Source of the DNA: Setoptus koraiensis
Lineage: Eukaryota > Animalia > Arthropoda
Direction: 5' to 3'
DNA length: 64,000 nt
Assembly (NCBI GenBank): GCA_048013815.1
Contig: CM106586.1
Span: 13,888,001 to 13,952,000 of the forward strand
In this document: positions 21,001-33,162 of the stretch, in pieces
How positions within the stretch are numbered: the stretch's first letter is position 1
Layout of the letters: each line of letters begins with the position of its first letter
The notes under the pieces: model-generated
Database searches by the model: none
What the model saw: the letters and a program-made list of their open reading frames with translations, nothing else
What the model was told of the DNA's origin: nothing
Position numbers and translations under genes: made by a program

Positions 21001-21314
21001 CCTTGAACGCGGTGGTTTCATTTTATGCATTGACTACCACACGATGGTTCTCGGGCAACACACTGCTACTAATAAATATAGACAAGAGAAAATCTATATA
21101 AGCGCCGACAGATTTTTCCTTTTCTAAGCACGCCTCGCTAAGTTACGCTAACATATATTCATTTATATATATTCATGTATCGGTATACTTGCTAGAATCT
21201 ACTAGAAACTAGGAATAAACAATTCACACTCACAGACACACTCACATTACAATCATTCTAGCCTATTATTACTAATTAAACAATTGGGATTCGATTTATA
21301 ATTGATCCGCAAAG

Positions 21315-22568
21315 ATGGTCAAAGAAACAAAATACTACGATATTCTAGGTGTTAGCCCCAATTGTACGGAGGATGAGCTAAAAAAATCCTATCGCAAGCT
21401 TGCATTAAAGTATCATCCCGATAAGAATCCAAATGAGGGCGATCGATTCAAGCAAATAAGTCAGGCATATGAGGTATTATCAAATCCCGAAAAGAGAGAA
21501 ATTTACGATCAGGGAGGCGAACAAGCTATTAAGCAGGGCGGACAAACGGGCGGCGAATACAATCCAATGGATCTGTTCGACATGTTCTTCGGTGGCAGCA
21601 GAATGCGCGAAAGGGGCCCAAGAAAAGGAAAGGACATCACATATACTATGAGTGTCACTTTAGAGGAATTGTACAATGGTGCAACAAGAAAATTGGCTAT
21701 CCAAAAGAAAGTTGTATGCGACAAATGCGATGGCAGAGGAACAAAATCGCCCACTATTGGGCCACAAAAATGCGCTGGTTGCAGAGGCTCAGGTACAAAG
21801 GTTAGAGTGGAACATGTAGGACCCAGTATTGTTCAAAGAATAGAGTCAAAATGTAACGATTGTTTGGGACAGGGCGAGACGATACCACAAAAGGATAGAT
21901 GTAAGAATTGCGATGGTAAAAAAATTGCTAGAGAAAAGAAAATTATGGAGGTTCACATTGATAAAGGTAGAGAGGACCAACAGAGAATTGTCTTCTCTAA
22001 TGAGGGCGACATGGAACCAGGCTACGACTTGCCCAGTGACATTGTTGTTGTATTAGATGAAAAACAGCATGATCGTTTTCAGAGAGTCCAAAAAAATGAC
22101 CTATTGACTACATTAGAGCTCAACCTAACTGAGGCGCTTTGCGGTTTCACTAGGATCATTCAAACTCTAGACGATAGAATTCTTGTATTAAAGTCTGAGC
22201 CGGGAGAAGTTGTAAAACATGGATCATTCAAATGCATTAACGGAGAAGGCATGCCCATGTATAGGAGTCCGTTTGAGAAAGGTCGCTTGTTAGTACAGAT
22301 TTCCGTAGAATTCCCTAAATCGATAGACCCTCTTGTGGCTTCCCAACTGGAAATATTGCTGCCACCTAAACAACCAGTAGAAGTACCAACTGGCGAGCAT
22401 GTCGAAGAGGTAACCATGTTAGACTTCGATCCGACGAAGGACAGAAACAGAGGTGGTAGAGGAGGACGTGCAGAAGCTTATAATGAAGACGACGAAGAGG
22501 GTGGATATAGTGGCATGCCTGGAGACTGGCAGCGAGCTGGTTCAGGAGTTCAGTGTAGGCCCCAATAA
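21315..22568 (+). CDS. DNAJA: DnaJ homolog subfamily A (Hsp40 type I), single exon
   Basis: J-domain with HPD, G/F region, four CxxCxGxG repeats, and a C-terminal CaaX-like CRPQ. Confidence 0.97.
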   Translation: MVKETKYYDILGVSPNCTEDELKKSYRKLALKYHPDKNPNEGDRFKQISQAYEVLSNPEKREIYDQGGEQAIKQGGQTGGEYNPMDLFDMFFGGSRMRERGPRKGKDITYTMSVTLEELYNGATRKLAIQKKVVCDKCDGRGTKSPTIGPQKCAGCRGSGTKVRVEHVGPSIVQRIESKCNDCLGQGETIPQKDRCKNCDGKKIAREKKIMEVHIDKGREDQQRIVFSNEGDMEPGYDLPSDIVVVLDEKQHDRFQRVQKNDLLTTLELNLTEALCGFTRIIQTLDDRILVLKSEPGEVVKHGSFKCINGEGMPMYRSPFEKGRLLVQISVEFPKSIDPLVASQLEILLPPKQPVEVPTGEHVEEVTMLDFDPTKDRNRGGRGGRAEAYNEDDEEGGYSGMPGDWQRAGSGVQCRPQ

Positions 22569-23069
22569 TTATCACATACCTTTCAAAATGTCACTCAGAT
22601 GAGCATATCCTCATCTATTTGTAAACAAAAAATTAGTTGTCAATTTATAATTGAATCCATCTTGGGTTCGAAATCTGGCCCAATCATACCTATTTCGAAC
22701 AACTTCAACAATAAACTAACAAAGCTGCTAATTCTTTGTGCATCTTACATCTTAAGCACCTGAATCTCTGCATTTGTGTTAGAAAATCTACTCATTGAAA
22801 CTGAAGGTATGGAAGGAAGCAGACTACAAGACAATCAGGGGGTAATCAGAGTTTTTGAGTAAATTTATTTATGCTAACTGGGTCTGTAGATTCGACTTTT
22901 TTGGGCGTATATTTCGCACATCTCGGAGCAGTATATATTCTCTCAGAAGGAGTAGAAATTTCTTCTTGAATTTCAAACAAACCGAATAGAATCTAAAAAA
23001 AAATACGAGCATCTGCGCTTGCCCCCGTGAGACTCTTTTCTTGGTAGAGTGGCTTCTGAATATCTTATA

Positions 23070-23767
23070 TCAATCCTCTGAATGATTCTCGGATATATCC
23101 TTCACATTGAATCCTAGAACTTTTTGTAAGAGCAAGCCCATTGGAGAGAGTGAGAGTCCCGTGCAACCAACTTGCTCTATTTTGTTTGTTATTTTGTTCT
23201 TCCAGTTTCTTTTTCTCGTTGCTGAATGTACGAACCAGATCGGCAAGGGGGTAAGTAAGGTTAATAAAAGATACAATATTGATCTTAGAGCGAAGAAAAC
23301 CGTCAAAAAGAGAGCAACACCAATTGCAACCACAATTGCCGGATGATCACTTTTGTAGTGTTGAGAATTCGGCAATTTTCCAAGTAAGAATAATGTCGAT
23401 GCTGCTATAAAAACTGCACTTATGGCACCAACTATGATTGTTCTCATGCCGCAAAACCTAAGGATAATAGAGGGTCAGAGTAGTTAGATTAACATAGTTA
23501 AACTTGATGCAACTAGGCTCATTTAGATGGGTGAAACATTTAAACTTATACTAACAGGAAAATAACGGATATTATTAGTGAGATTAGGAAATAATTTGTT
23601 TGATAATACATCAAATTGCAGACCATCCGATTATTTAGACGTTTCAAATCAGTAAATGTAGGCATAGAATAACGTGACATATTGAGTAGAAAATCGCCAA
23701 GAGTACGTGGAGGTGGAATCTTGTATGCATCCATGTTCTTTTTAATTGTTTCTGGTACTGATGCCAT
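23070..23767 (-). CDS. PRAF2/3-like: PRA1 family protein (PRAF2/ARL6IP5-like); exons 23767-23556 and 23457-23070
   Basis: PPRTLGDFL..RYSMP..DLKRLNNRMVCNLMYYQTNY..., WFVHSATRKRNWKNKITNKIE, SPMGLLL. The 98-nt intron GTTAGT..TTAG keeps the frame. Confidence 0.9.
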
Positions 23768-24440
23768 GATTGTTCTTGTCTACTTTCCTTTTTTCTTATA
23801 TAGTTTGATATATTAGAGACTTTATTCCGACGAAGACTGAATGCTTTTGGATGTTGCACTAACTAAACTAATGATTACTGGTTCTGTTTCATATTATGAA
23901 AAATCAGTTTTCGGCATGGGCAAACTATTGCAGTTTTTCTGTCCAACAGATGCTGTCAAATAGAGAAGGAGCGATTGAACAAAAGTGTCTGCGTGTGTAT
24001 TTTTATATATATCCGCTTGTGCTTGTCGACAATATACGAGGAGAGTATATAGATTTAGTGTTGACACATCCATTAAATCCACTCGATCACATATATAGCC
24101 ACATGATGTAGTTTTTTGATACAGACTACATTTAGATCACACGCTCAATGTCATTAGGAAAGATCAGTCAAATCCTGATTGTGTGTAGTGTTATACACTC
24201 TAAATATACAAATGCATTCTATAGTATATTGAAGCCGAGGATGCGAGCCCCTTTTCTAGCGCGCGTGAGTTTCAGGGTGGGATAATCTTTGGCCAATTCT
24301 CATCTGCACAAGCTCATTCCAATCTTCTAGAATGATTTGAAATGTGATTCTCTTTGAAATAGATTCTCTCACACATAGATAGACGGAAACGTGTTGCGAA
24401 CGAATATAAACTAGTTTTATTAGTTGAGACAAATAGCTTG

Positions 24441-25937
24441 TCATGCAACAACTTTACCCAGTGACACCATGACACTATGAGTCATCTTTTCTATTCTGTC
24501 CGCGTCGCGAGGACTCTGCAGAACAACAATATCATGGCTCATATTGAAGCAACATCTCAAATCAGCCGTTTCCGACAAGGGCTTGACCTTTAAAAAGAAA
24601 CCAGCTTTATACAATTTTTGATATAGAACTTGAGATTGGTTGGACTCTGTGGACGTTACCAACGCTGCGGGTATATGCTCGAATTCAGCTGTCTCATCCT
24701 TTGGGCCCAGCTTAATGTCACCAGGCGGTAGTGTTAGCTCATATAATTTATCATCGTCTACATCTGCTGACTGGGCGAAAGTAACCTGTACCTGATTAGG
24801 GGTCTGGTTTTGTATAGTCATCTCGATCAGGTTGACCTCATTCACTTTCAGTAGATTAGGATACTTTTTTGGTCTAAATTTAAGTTCAGGCACGTGGTAA
24901 TAGGCGGAGAGCTGTATTTTAAATTTGATGGATACCGGACTATACTCTGATCGACACAGATTGTGCTCACAAGTTTTGCATCGCAGTGATCGCTTCACTG
25001 ACAAAGATTTACTAATAGGACGAAAAGACTCAAAGCATTCTGGCTGTAATTCGACCTGAGCCAGTCTCTGTTCTATGGAGCTCACCATTTCTAAGTTGAA
25101 ATCTTTGTCATAGTAGTGTTGAGCATTCAATGGCTCAATAACATCCGTGGCAACGGGAGGAACAAATCCTGATATCGCTTTGTCTTCAGATATTTTGTTT
25201 TTTAGCTCAGAATTGTATTGGGCTGAAAGAGCTGTTTTACCTTGATATGACTTGGCTCGTAAACTAGCTGTAAGCTTTGGCGAAAGCGACGCGGATATGC
25301 CGTATTTATCTAACAAGTGCATGGCATTCCCACTCCGTGGATGAAATCTTCTCTTTTCTTTGTCTGATTTCTCTTTTTGTGCTAAAGCTTTAAAATATTC
25401 GAATAGTTCCTCTAGACGTTTGGTGTTTGGTACTTCAATCTCTGGGAGATCGTTTGTTACTTTGGATGCCTCAAATATTGTGAATGTTTCCGAAGACCAC
25501 CTACAGAAAGCACAAGTAAGCTGGCAGGTCTTCTTGATGGCTTCTCCTGACGAGGCGTCCTCGCCTGGTTGTGATATGGACAACGTGGTTGTTGAAAGCA
25601 GGTGGAAACACGACGGGCAATGATAACAAGAGGCGCATTTATTCTTTTGAAATTTGGGATCTATGGTCGGTATATACTCGAGACAATGTTGACAGTATTG
25701 AGAGTCTACCTCATGGGAAACACAGTCTCTACATCGTAGGGCCATGCAATGGCGACAGAAATAGGTGGAATAGAGTCTCTTGAATGTTCCGCAACTGCAT
25801 TTGTATAGAATAGAATCATTGAAGAAAAGGTTCATCATATGACTGGGATCCAAGATGTCAGCATCAGATCTCGCTCGATCGGAGATCTGATCATTTAGGA
25901 AAGGTGTGTATTCACACGGTAACATGGAGGGATTCGC
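24441..25937 (-). CDS. DCTN4: Dynactin subunit 4 (p62), single exon
   Basis: YFCRHC..RCRDCVSHEVDSQYCQHCLE..KNKCASCYHCPSC, CAFCRWSS, KRSLRCKTCEHNL..EYSPVSIKFKIQL. The first ATG is at 25937, and the ortholog-equivalent start is near 25835. Confidence 0.95.
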   Translation of the reverse strand, partial: ANPSMLPCEYTPFLNDQISDRARSDADILDPSHMMNLFFNDSILYKCSCGTFKRLYSTYFCRHCMALRCRDCVSHEVDSQYCQHCLEYIPTIDPKFQKNKCASCYHCPSCFHLLSTTTLSISQPGEDASSGEAIKKTCQLTCAFCRWSSETFTIFEASKVTNDLPEIEVPNTKRLEELFEYFKALAQKEKSDKEKRRFHPRSGNAMHLLDKYGISASLSPKLTASLRAKSYQGKTALSAQYNSELKNKISEDKAISGFVPPVATDVIEPLNAQHYYDKDFNLEMVSSIEQRLAQVELQPECFESFRPISKSLSVKRSLRCKTCEHNLCRSEYSPVSIKFKIQLSAYYHVPELKFRPKKYPNLLKVNEVNLIEMTIQNQTPNQVQVTFAQSADVDDDKLYELTLPPGDIKLGPKDETAEFEHIPAALVTSTESNQSQVLYQKLYKAGFFLKVKPLSETADLRCCFNMSHDIVVLQSPRDADRIEKMTHSVMVSLGKVVA

Positions 25938-26508
25938 CATTCTGAGAAAAAGATTAGGTGTATTTATCCAAGCCAACCAAGCAAATGATTATTCAATGAC
26001 GTCTTCGGTTGTCATGAGTTATTGTTGATGACCATCTAAATCAATGGATATTATTTCGGGTCCTGAAGCACGTATGACTCTCGAACATGTTTTTCTTCAA
26101 TACAATATCAAAAGTTGCAGCAGAACAGCTGTCTCAGTGTAGGCATGCGCTTGAACTTGCCCACATTCATCCACTGTTATTTTGCGATGCTCTCTGCGTG
26201 AATGGGTCGCCGACGAATACTCAAAGTATTGAATACTCCATCCAAAAGTTTCCAACAAATGATTAGTGTCAATGATGTAAGACTAACTAGACGAAAATTG
26301 ATTTTGACAATGAATAGTCAAATAGAGGTTCTTTTCACAGCAAATAATCTGTCGGCTTCGCAAAGTCAGTGAAAGTGGTTCAAAATTAGTGTTCAAATTG
26401 CGCGCACTCTAGACGCAGGATGTCCCATCGCTGTTTTACACTGGATGCAATGGATGAACGAATTGTTACATCATATGTTACATACAACTATAGCTCCCGA
26501 TATCCTAG

Positions 26509-26518
26509 AGGGGGCGCT
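26509..26518 (+). promoter_or_regulatory. CTCF-core-like motif AGGGGGCGCT in the DCTN4/zinc-finger divergent intergenic region
   Basis: Context CCTAGAGGGGGCGCT. Confidence 0.3.
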
Positions 26519-27442
26519 TTAGTTACGAGTCATCGAAAGTAATGGCCTACTCGTACATCGTTTGAGCAACTCTCACTGCCTTTTAGTGTCGTTCACAACA
26601 CTTCGCTCATGCACTGTACCAATATGCATTACATAAGAGTAGCTAGTCTTATAGCGACAATGTGTGCTTGCCCCCTATGCGCAGTTGTAGTGATGTGCAG
26701 CCTTGTCTTACGTAATTTTAAAATTGCCGCTGAGTTATGCGCAGGGGAGAGAGACAAGTTTTCCCCTATATCCAAATGTTCAGTGTTTTCTGTGCCGATT
26801 TGCACATTGCTACAGCTATAAGTGCAAGTGTGGCTATCGTACTGGATGTGATCTCACTTCTTGCGGAGTTTGAAACTCTGAGTTTCTGTGCGAGTTTTTG
26901 TACACACAATTCTATAGATTGTATTTGTGCATGATTCAGTCGGTCTTGTGCGCGCGGTCTTGCTAAATGTGCGTGGGCGCTCGAAATGCAGCGTGAAAGC
27001 TGCCTAATGGCATTACGTCAAATGCAATTGAGGTTGCTCTATGTGCCATCTGTGTGCAGAACAAGGCGCTTGTGCGTGTGCACAGAAAGTTTGTAAAAAG
27101 TGAGATAACACCCAATACGTGCTAAATAAATAAAATAAATATATGATCGCATATATCAGTGTATTGGTGACTGTAGCACTAATATGCTTGTAAAAATTGA
27201 ATCAATGTGAGTCACGGCGGCCCATCTCTGCGTCTCTGACTCCTTGTAGTCAATCAGCACCAACCCGTTTGTCCGTTATTTTCAAACGTGTAATATCTAT
27301 CGTGTCTATCCAAATTGATTGAAATAAACAAGACAGACAGGGAGAGAAAGAGAGGGAGATAGAGGCACATGTACATTCATTTGGACACACATATAAATAT
27401 ATATATTAGTTGCACAATTGTAGAACATTAAAAGAATTAATA

Positions 27443-30101
27443 ATGAAGAAAATCGATAATTCTATTACTACTATTACTACTCATACCACTACTCCTACCG
27501 ATACTACCACCACTACAACTACTACTGATACTACCACAACTACTGTTGGCACTGCTGAGCAAAATGGAGAGCCGCTAAACACCACTAAAGTAGATTCAAG
27601 TGATTCACCTTCAATAAATGACAAGGATAATCTAAAGCTTCCCCGTAGACGCCCCATTTATGAAACAGATGATTTAATTAGAGAACTTTCACCACCTATC
27701 GAAGGAACCGAGGACCCAAGTACCATAATAGGAGCAGATGGTACAATAAATGGAAGGAAACCAGTACAATGCAATATTTGTAAGAGATATATGCCCGAGT
27801 CAAGACTGGCCAACCATATTAGACACTTGCACGACAATAGACCCAGTGTAAATCCGAAAAAAAACTTCAAATGTGATCATTGCGGAAAACAATTCACTAT
27901 CAGATATACATACCAACAACACGTTAAAACACACACACAAGGTAGGCCCAAGTGTCCAGAGTGTGGAACTACTTTTGCCTCCGCTTTTAGCTTGTTTCGT
28001 CACAGAGCTAAAAATCATGGGATTGAACACAATTACAAAACGCATAATTGTGATCAATGCAATAAGACTTTCTTTAGTTTGAGTGAGCTCAAACTTCATC
28101 AACAGCGCCACTCAACCGACAAAGAATTCAAATGTCAGGAATGCAATAAGGCATTCTCTGTGAAAGGAAACCTTAGAATTCATATGCGGACACATGCTAA
28201 GGAGAAACTATTCAAATGCGATATTTGTGGTAATTCATTTTCTCATCCTTATTCCCTAGTCAGCCATAGGCGAATTCATACAAATGATTGTCCGCATAAG
28301 TGTCCTCACTGTGACAAAGGTAAGAGTACTTTTATATGAGTTACAGCACCCATCCTCCATACCAACTATTTGATGCACTATTATTAATACTTTATGAACA
28401 AATTTTCCTCTAAATAATCCTACCGGCAGCCTATAGAGCTAAACATCAGCTCACTTCTCATATGATTGTTCATACAGATTTGAGACCATTCAAATGCGAT
28501 CAATGTCCGAAGACATTCCGATCTAGAACAGCCTTCAAAATGCATCAAGATGAACACAAAGGTATCAAAAGGTTCACTTGTAAATTTTGTGAGAGACAAT
28601 TCCAGTGCTATGGCAATAAGCTCAAACACGAGCGCCGTCACATTGGAGAAAAGAAACACAAATGTGGTTACTGCGACAAAGGTAAGTGAAATCAAATCGG
28701 CAAACTATTCATAGTACTTAGCCATTTATGTTTTCTATAAGTCCGATACTAACTTGATCATGTATTTTCTAATATTTTCACTCTGTAGCATTTATTGAGA
28801 AGCAGGAACTTAAGAACCATCTCAAAATACACGAAAGAAACCAAAAATCTGTCAATAGCTCTGATATTGTCGAGACTGAACAACCATCTAGTTCAACTAG
28901 AAATTGTGGAACTACCAATGCCAAAACCAGCAAAAATACTCCTAAAAGTAATGCCGGTCAGGCTAATCGTGTTGTAGTAACCAAGGTTAACCAACAAACA
29001 ACGAAATGCAACATTCCGGAGCTCACCAATGACACTTTAGGGATCCTAAGTGATAATGTCAATCGTCAAACAAGTGGCACTAATACGTTTTTTGTGGGTA
29101 TGGCTGATGGACAACAATTCAATGGGAATCATCATAATCAAACTAACTCGACAACAAATGCAACTCCAGATCAAATGCACGGTGTCATGATCATGAATAC
29201 AAATGAGGCTTCTCAGCGGCAAGAAGGTCAAGGTGGTTTAAGCTCAAACATTCATCACCCGCCGAACATTTCTAACACCAGTAATGTTCTCATGCAAGCC
29301 TATCCAAGCACTGTTGATGTACAAGCAACCTCCTCGCCTGGAATTGTATTGTCCCAGCAGTTGCAACCACAAGCACTCAATCAGCATATTGACCAAAGTG
29401 GCGATCAATATCATGCTAATTCATACGCTACTACAACTAATCAACAAAACCAACAGTGGCACCAAAATGAAGTTCAACAAACAGCTTCGAATGCACATAC
29501 AACTATGCATTGCCACCCTACTCTGGTGCCAAATCAGATGAATATTAGATTCGCCTTGAACGCCAATGGTCACCAACACTCAGGAATGAACCACGAAGAC
29601 CCCTATGGTCAACAACAACAGCAACTACAGCAACAACCGCAACAACAACAACGTCCACAGCAGCAACTTCAACATAGACCCACGACTGCCCCGCCCCAAC
29701 AACAAAATATCCATCGACCACTTTATGTGGTTCTGTTGCAACAGCCCCACTTAAAGACAACTCGTTCTAATCAACAAACAGTCAATAGTTTATCTACACA
29801 ACAACAAAACATTCAGCAACAACAACAACAACAGCACCCACAGCCGGTTAATCTGCGGAATCCAACCAACGGTAACCAGAAGGGATCATCTGGTACCTCT
29901 GTGATCAATGCCGGCCAACAACAAGTCATACAGGCTACTAATGTTAAGGGTAGCAGACAATTTCATCGCAATCAACACGTGGCATGTAGGTTGTGTAAAC
30001 AACTGGTACCTGATATCCGCCATCATCTAATAATATTCCATAGAGTTGAACTTGGAAGTGGTGAGGATATCAGTTCTTGGTTTACACCTGCTACTCGTTA
30101 A
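27443..30101 (+). CDS. C2H2 zinc-finger transcription factor (about 11 fingers, Gln/Asn-rich C-terminus); exons 27443-28319, 28430-28681, 28789-30101
   Basis: Both phase-1 GTAAG..AG introns interrupt fingers at the same point (CxxCDK|A) and splicing restores CPHCDKAYRAKHQLTSHMIVH and CGYCDKAFIEKQELKNHLKIH. Exon 3 is open into the 29094-30101 ORF and ends with an isolated CRLC..H..H finger. Confidence 0.92.
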
Positions 30102-30373
30102 GAAATTTGAGAGATTACTACAACGATAGTCAACATTTTTTGATTGAAATCAACCCCGAACATAAAGACATACATATTAATTGTTAATTAAGACATAGTT
30201 TAAGGAAACTCTAAAAGAGATAAATCAACATTTGGTTAACTAAAAAACTTGTATTAGCTTGAAATAATAAAAGCTAATGTTATTAAGACTATATGATCAG
30301 TTTATTTTTTCATTCATCCTTTCTTGACTATGCTAATTGTTTATAGTGTATAGTCTACTCATTTCCTTCAATA

Positions 30374-31118
30374 TTAGAATTTTGAGACAACACTATTCTT
30401 TTCTATACTTGGCCTCTTTGGTGAGTATTTTTTTGATGCAACACATCGATTCTGGCGACATGAATAAGTAGCTTCGCAAGGACAAACATCCAAATAGGTA
30501 TTCTTGTAAAGTTTACTGGCGCCGTTTGGCCAAGCGAGAAGCCTGTCCTCGCCCTCACTCCTTTTATGGCATCTGGAGTTGCTAGTGGATAATTTCTACG
30601 AACATTGTATGAGAGAATCAAGAGAATAGAAGGTGATTGTTATTTTCCGAGGCCTTGATATATTATATATATATATGCACGGCAGTGAATTGTTCTATTT
30701 CAAAAAAAAAAAAAATAGTTACCTTGCAAATGGGCTCGCTATATCTCATGTAACCTTTGTTTGGTGAAAGTTGTTGGTTAAATGGTGAAAAATTGTATTC
30801 TCAGCTATCTACTCTTCATTCAGTTTGGACCAAAACTTACCCACTGTGCAGCAGTAACCCGGGCCACATTCTTCTGTTGAGGAACACTTTCTGGCGTTTT
30901 GTATGGCTACCAGTTCGGGATCTTCGCTGGCATTGACAGTCCCAATGATCTAATCAAAGAAAAGAACAATGGTGTTTGTGAGATGAACAAATTTGTGGCT
31001 GATTGTCACTACTGACACTCGAACTACTTAAAGCAACAGTTGGTGATATAAGTAAACTTACAACGATGACCAAAAATGTGAGAGATGATAAGAGCAGCGA
31101 TGAGGAATTTGTATGCAT
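30374..31118 (-). CDS. Astakine-like / prokineticin (AVIT, colipase-fold) secreted 10-Cys peptide, 139 aa; exons 31118-31062, 30949-30841, 30754-30723, 30595-30374
   Basis: Spliced by hand: MHTNSSSLLLSSLTFLVIV|IIGTVNASEDPELVAIQNARKCSSTEECGPGYCCTV|GYMRYSEPICK|KLSTSNSRCHKRSEGEDRLLAWPNGASKLYKNTYLDVCPCEATYSCRQNRCVASKK...SKF*. Three GT-AG introns (112, 86, 127 nt), all phase-consistent. C-x5-C-x4-CC..MRYS.P.C..C..Y...CPC...C...C is the astakine pattern. Confidence 0.9.
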
Positions 31119-33162
31119 TGTGATCTGCTGTGGATCATTTGTTCAAACCAAACATAATTTGATTAATTTATTCAATTCGATTAAACTGTGAGCAAGAGAT
31201 AAAACTTTGATCTGTCTAACTGGCGCTGATGCATCGCCTTTTATATAATCAATTGGTTGCGTCGCTAAAAGCTGACTGGATAAATCGACACAAAAACACA
31301 AAATATGTTGTTTACAATAGGATAATTGCATATGAGTAGTCTGAAATATGCATGGCAGCCAGTCTGAGAGTCACAGACAAGGTACCGAGGAATGAAAACT
31401 CTTTGGACTCTTCTCATTGATGCTGTTACGCATTATAAGATTATATTAGCTTTAATAACGTGGGCTTAGAAGCCACCCACATATATGATGAATGATTACT
31501 TCGCCGCCATCAACTCGGAATTATCTATCGTGACATCACCAGTGATAGTTCGATTGATAGAAGAAAAAGTCTATGAGACTCAGTTTGTGAGTTTACAGAA
31601 TGAAGTGCCAAGTCAATTAGTGGCAACTTTTTATTTTGTTATTTATTTATTATAATTGTAATCATCGATTACAATTACTTCGCACAGCTTTTTTTAACGC
31701 AGTCTACCAATTACCTTCACAGACTGATGAGATGCTGCTGGAATCAACACACATTACAAATAAAGCCGTGCACGCGAGATAATAACAGCCTGACGTCACG
31801 TGAAAAGTGGAATCTTTGTAAATGAGTTTGTAAAAAAGGGTGAATGTTGTTCGTGCGCTGCAATTAGATTGTTTTGTTGTGATTTATCCATCAGAATGAT
31901 GTGATATTGCCAGCAGCTTAGTAGTGCTAGCGGTTTACGAAATGGGGCTTACATTGGTGCATTAGTGGTCACAAAAGCCAGTCAGTGTTCACATGCTAGT
32001 TGCGAGACTAAAACGGAACAAAGACCATTGCAAACTCCGCTATTTTGGCCTTGTATGTATGTTTGTATAGAGTTTGTTCAAATGTGATAAATTTTGTTGA
32101 TTTTCCGACACTCTAAACACACCATGACCCGAAATGATCAGTCTGAAGGTAACGTTAGCGCTGGCATGCCGTCATCAAGATGCAGTGTATAGCATATATG
32201 ATGATTGTGTCAATCGAATGGCACTTGTTATTTGCACCAACGGATTGTGTGTAACAGTATTAGGCTGATGATGATAATGAAATCGCAATGACTGTTGTCG
32301 GCACAATTGCGACATTGGCGTGAATTGCGTCATCAGGAAGTCACCATGAGCGCCACTGAGATGGCGCCACCCGCAAATTTCTATTAAATTGTATCATCTG
32401 TTTGCTTGCAAAGGCGGGCCCCCAGCGACGCGCCAGAGGTTAAATAGATGGAAGACCCATGGTGCGATGCGCCTGCGCGGCCCCATTTTGTCGAGTTTTG
32501 CACCAGCCAGAGAACGCTCGACAAATGTTGGCACGCACACAAGCAAGAGTATAGTAAAGTACTGCTGGCCTGATCAGTGTTTATCGCTAGCCGGGGCCTC
32601 AATTTCAATTTTCAGTTGGCCTCTAGAGGGTCAGTTTTCAGTTGCGCAGTTGGACGGTTAGAGAGCGAACTGGCCGGCAAGCATCACAACAAGTATTTAT
32701 TCCTAATTATTCTTTTGGGCACTTTAGCAGCCACGCTAATTGAACCGAACCGCTTGATTGGCATGTTTGCTTTGGCTGCAACGTGCGACACACGACACCA
32801 AAATTCCAAGCAGTCATCGTCATTATTACACAATAGCAGTATGTACGAGTAGAGTGAGTAATCTGTGTATGGTTGCCGTCGATCTATTTCAAACTAATCA
32901 ACTTATCAATTTACCAGCCATCCAGTGTACGTGTCAGTAATAGTTGTTCGTGTCAATTGTGTGCCCGGATGTGATAAAAATGAGCTCGCATTTGCCAACA
33001 AACAAAACACTGCAATGCCAAGTGAGCAAAAAGAGAAAGAAGCGCCGAAAAAAACGAAAAAAGAACCCGCCTGGCATGTGGTGTCAAAAGCGACAATCGT
33101 TGCGCCTTATATGTTCGTTGTCCAGCGCCAACAACAACAACAACAAACAAACAACAGTTAAA

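Noticed and set aside
22660-22680. GGTTCGAA B-box-like strings (also near 55245 and 57225) as tRNA genes
   Set aside because: No cloverleaf stems or A-box could be built around them.
25980-26290. ~58-codon open minus-strand frame upstream of DCTN4 (SYIIDTNHLLETFGWSIQYFEY...)
   Set aside because: No start codon, no recognisable motif and no clear partner exon, so it could not be supported as a gene.
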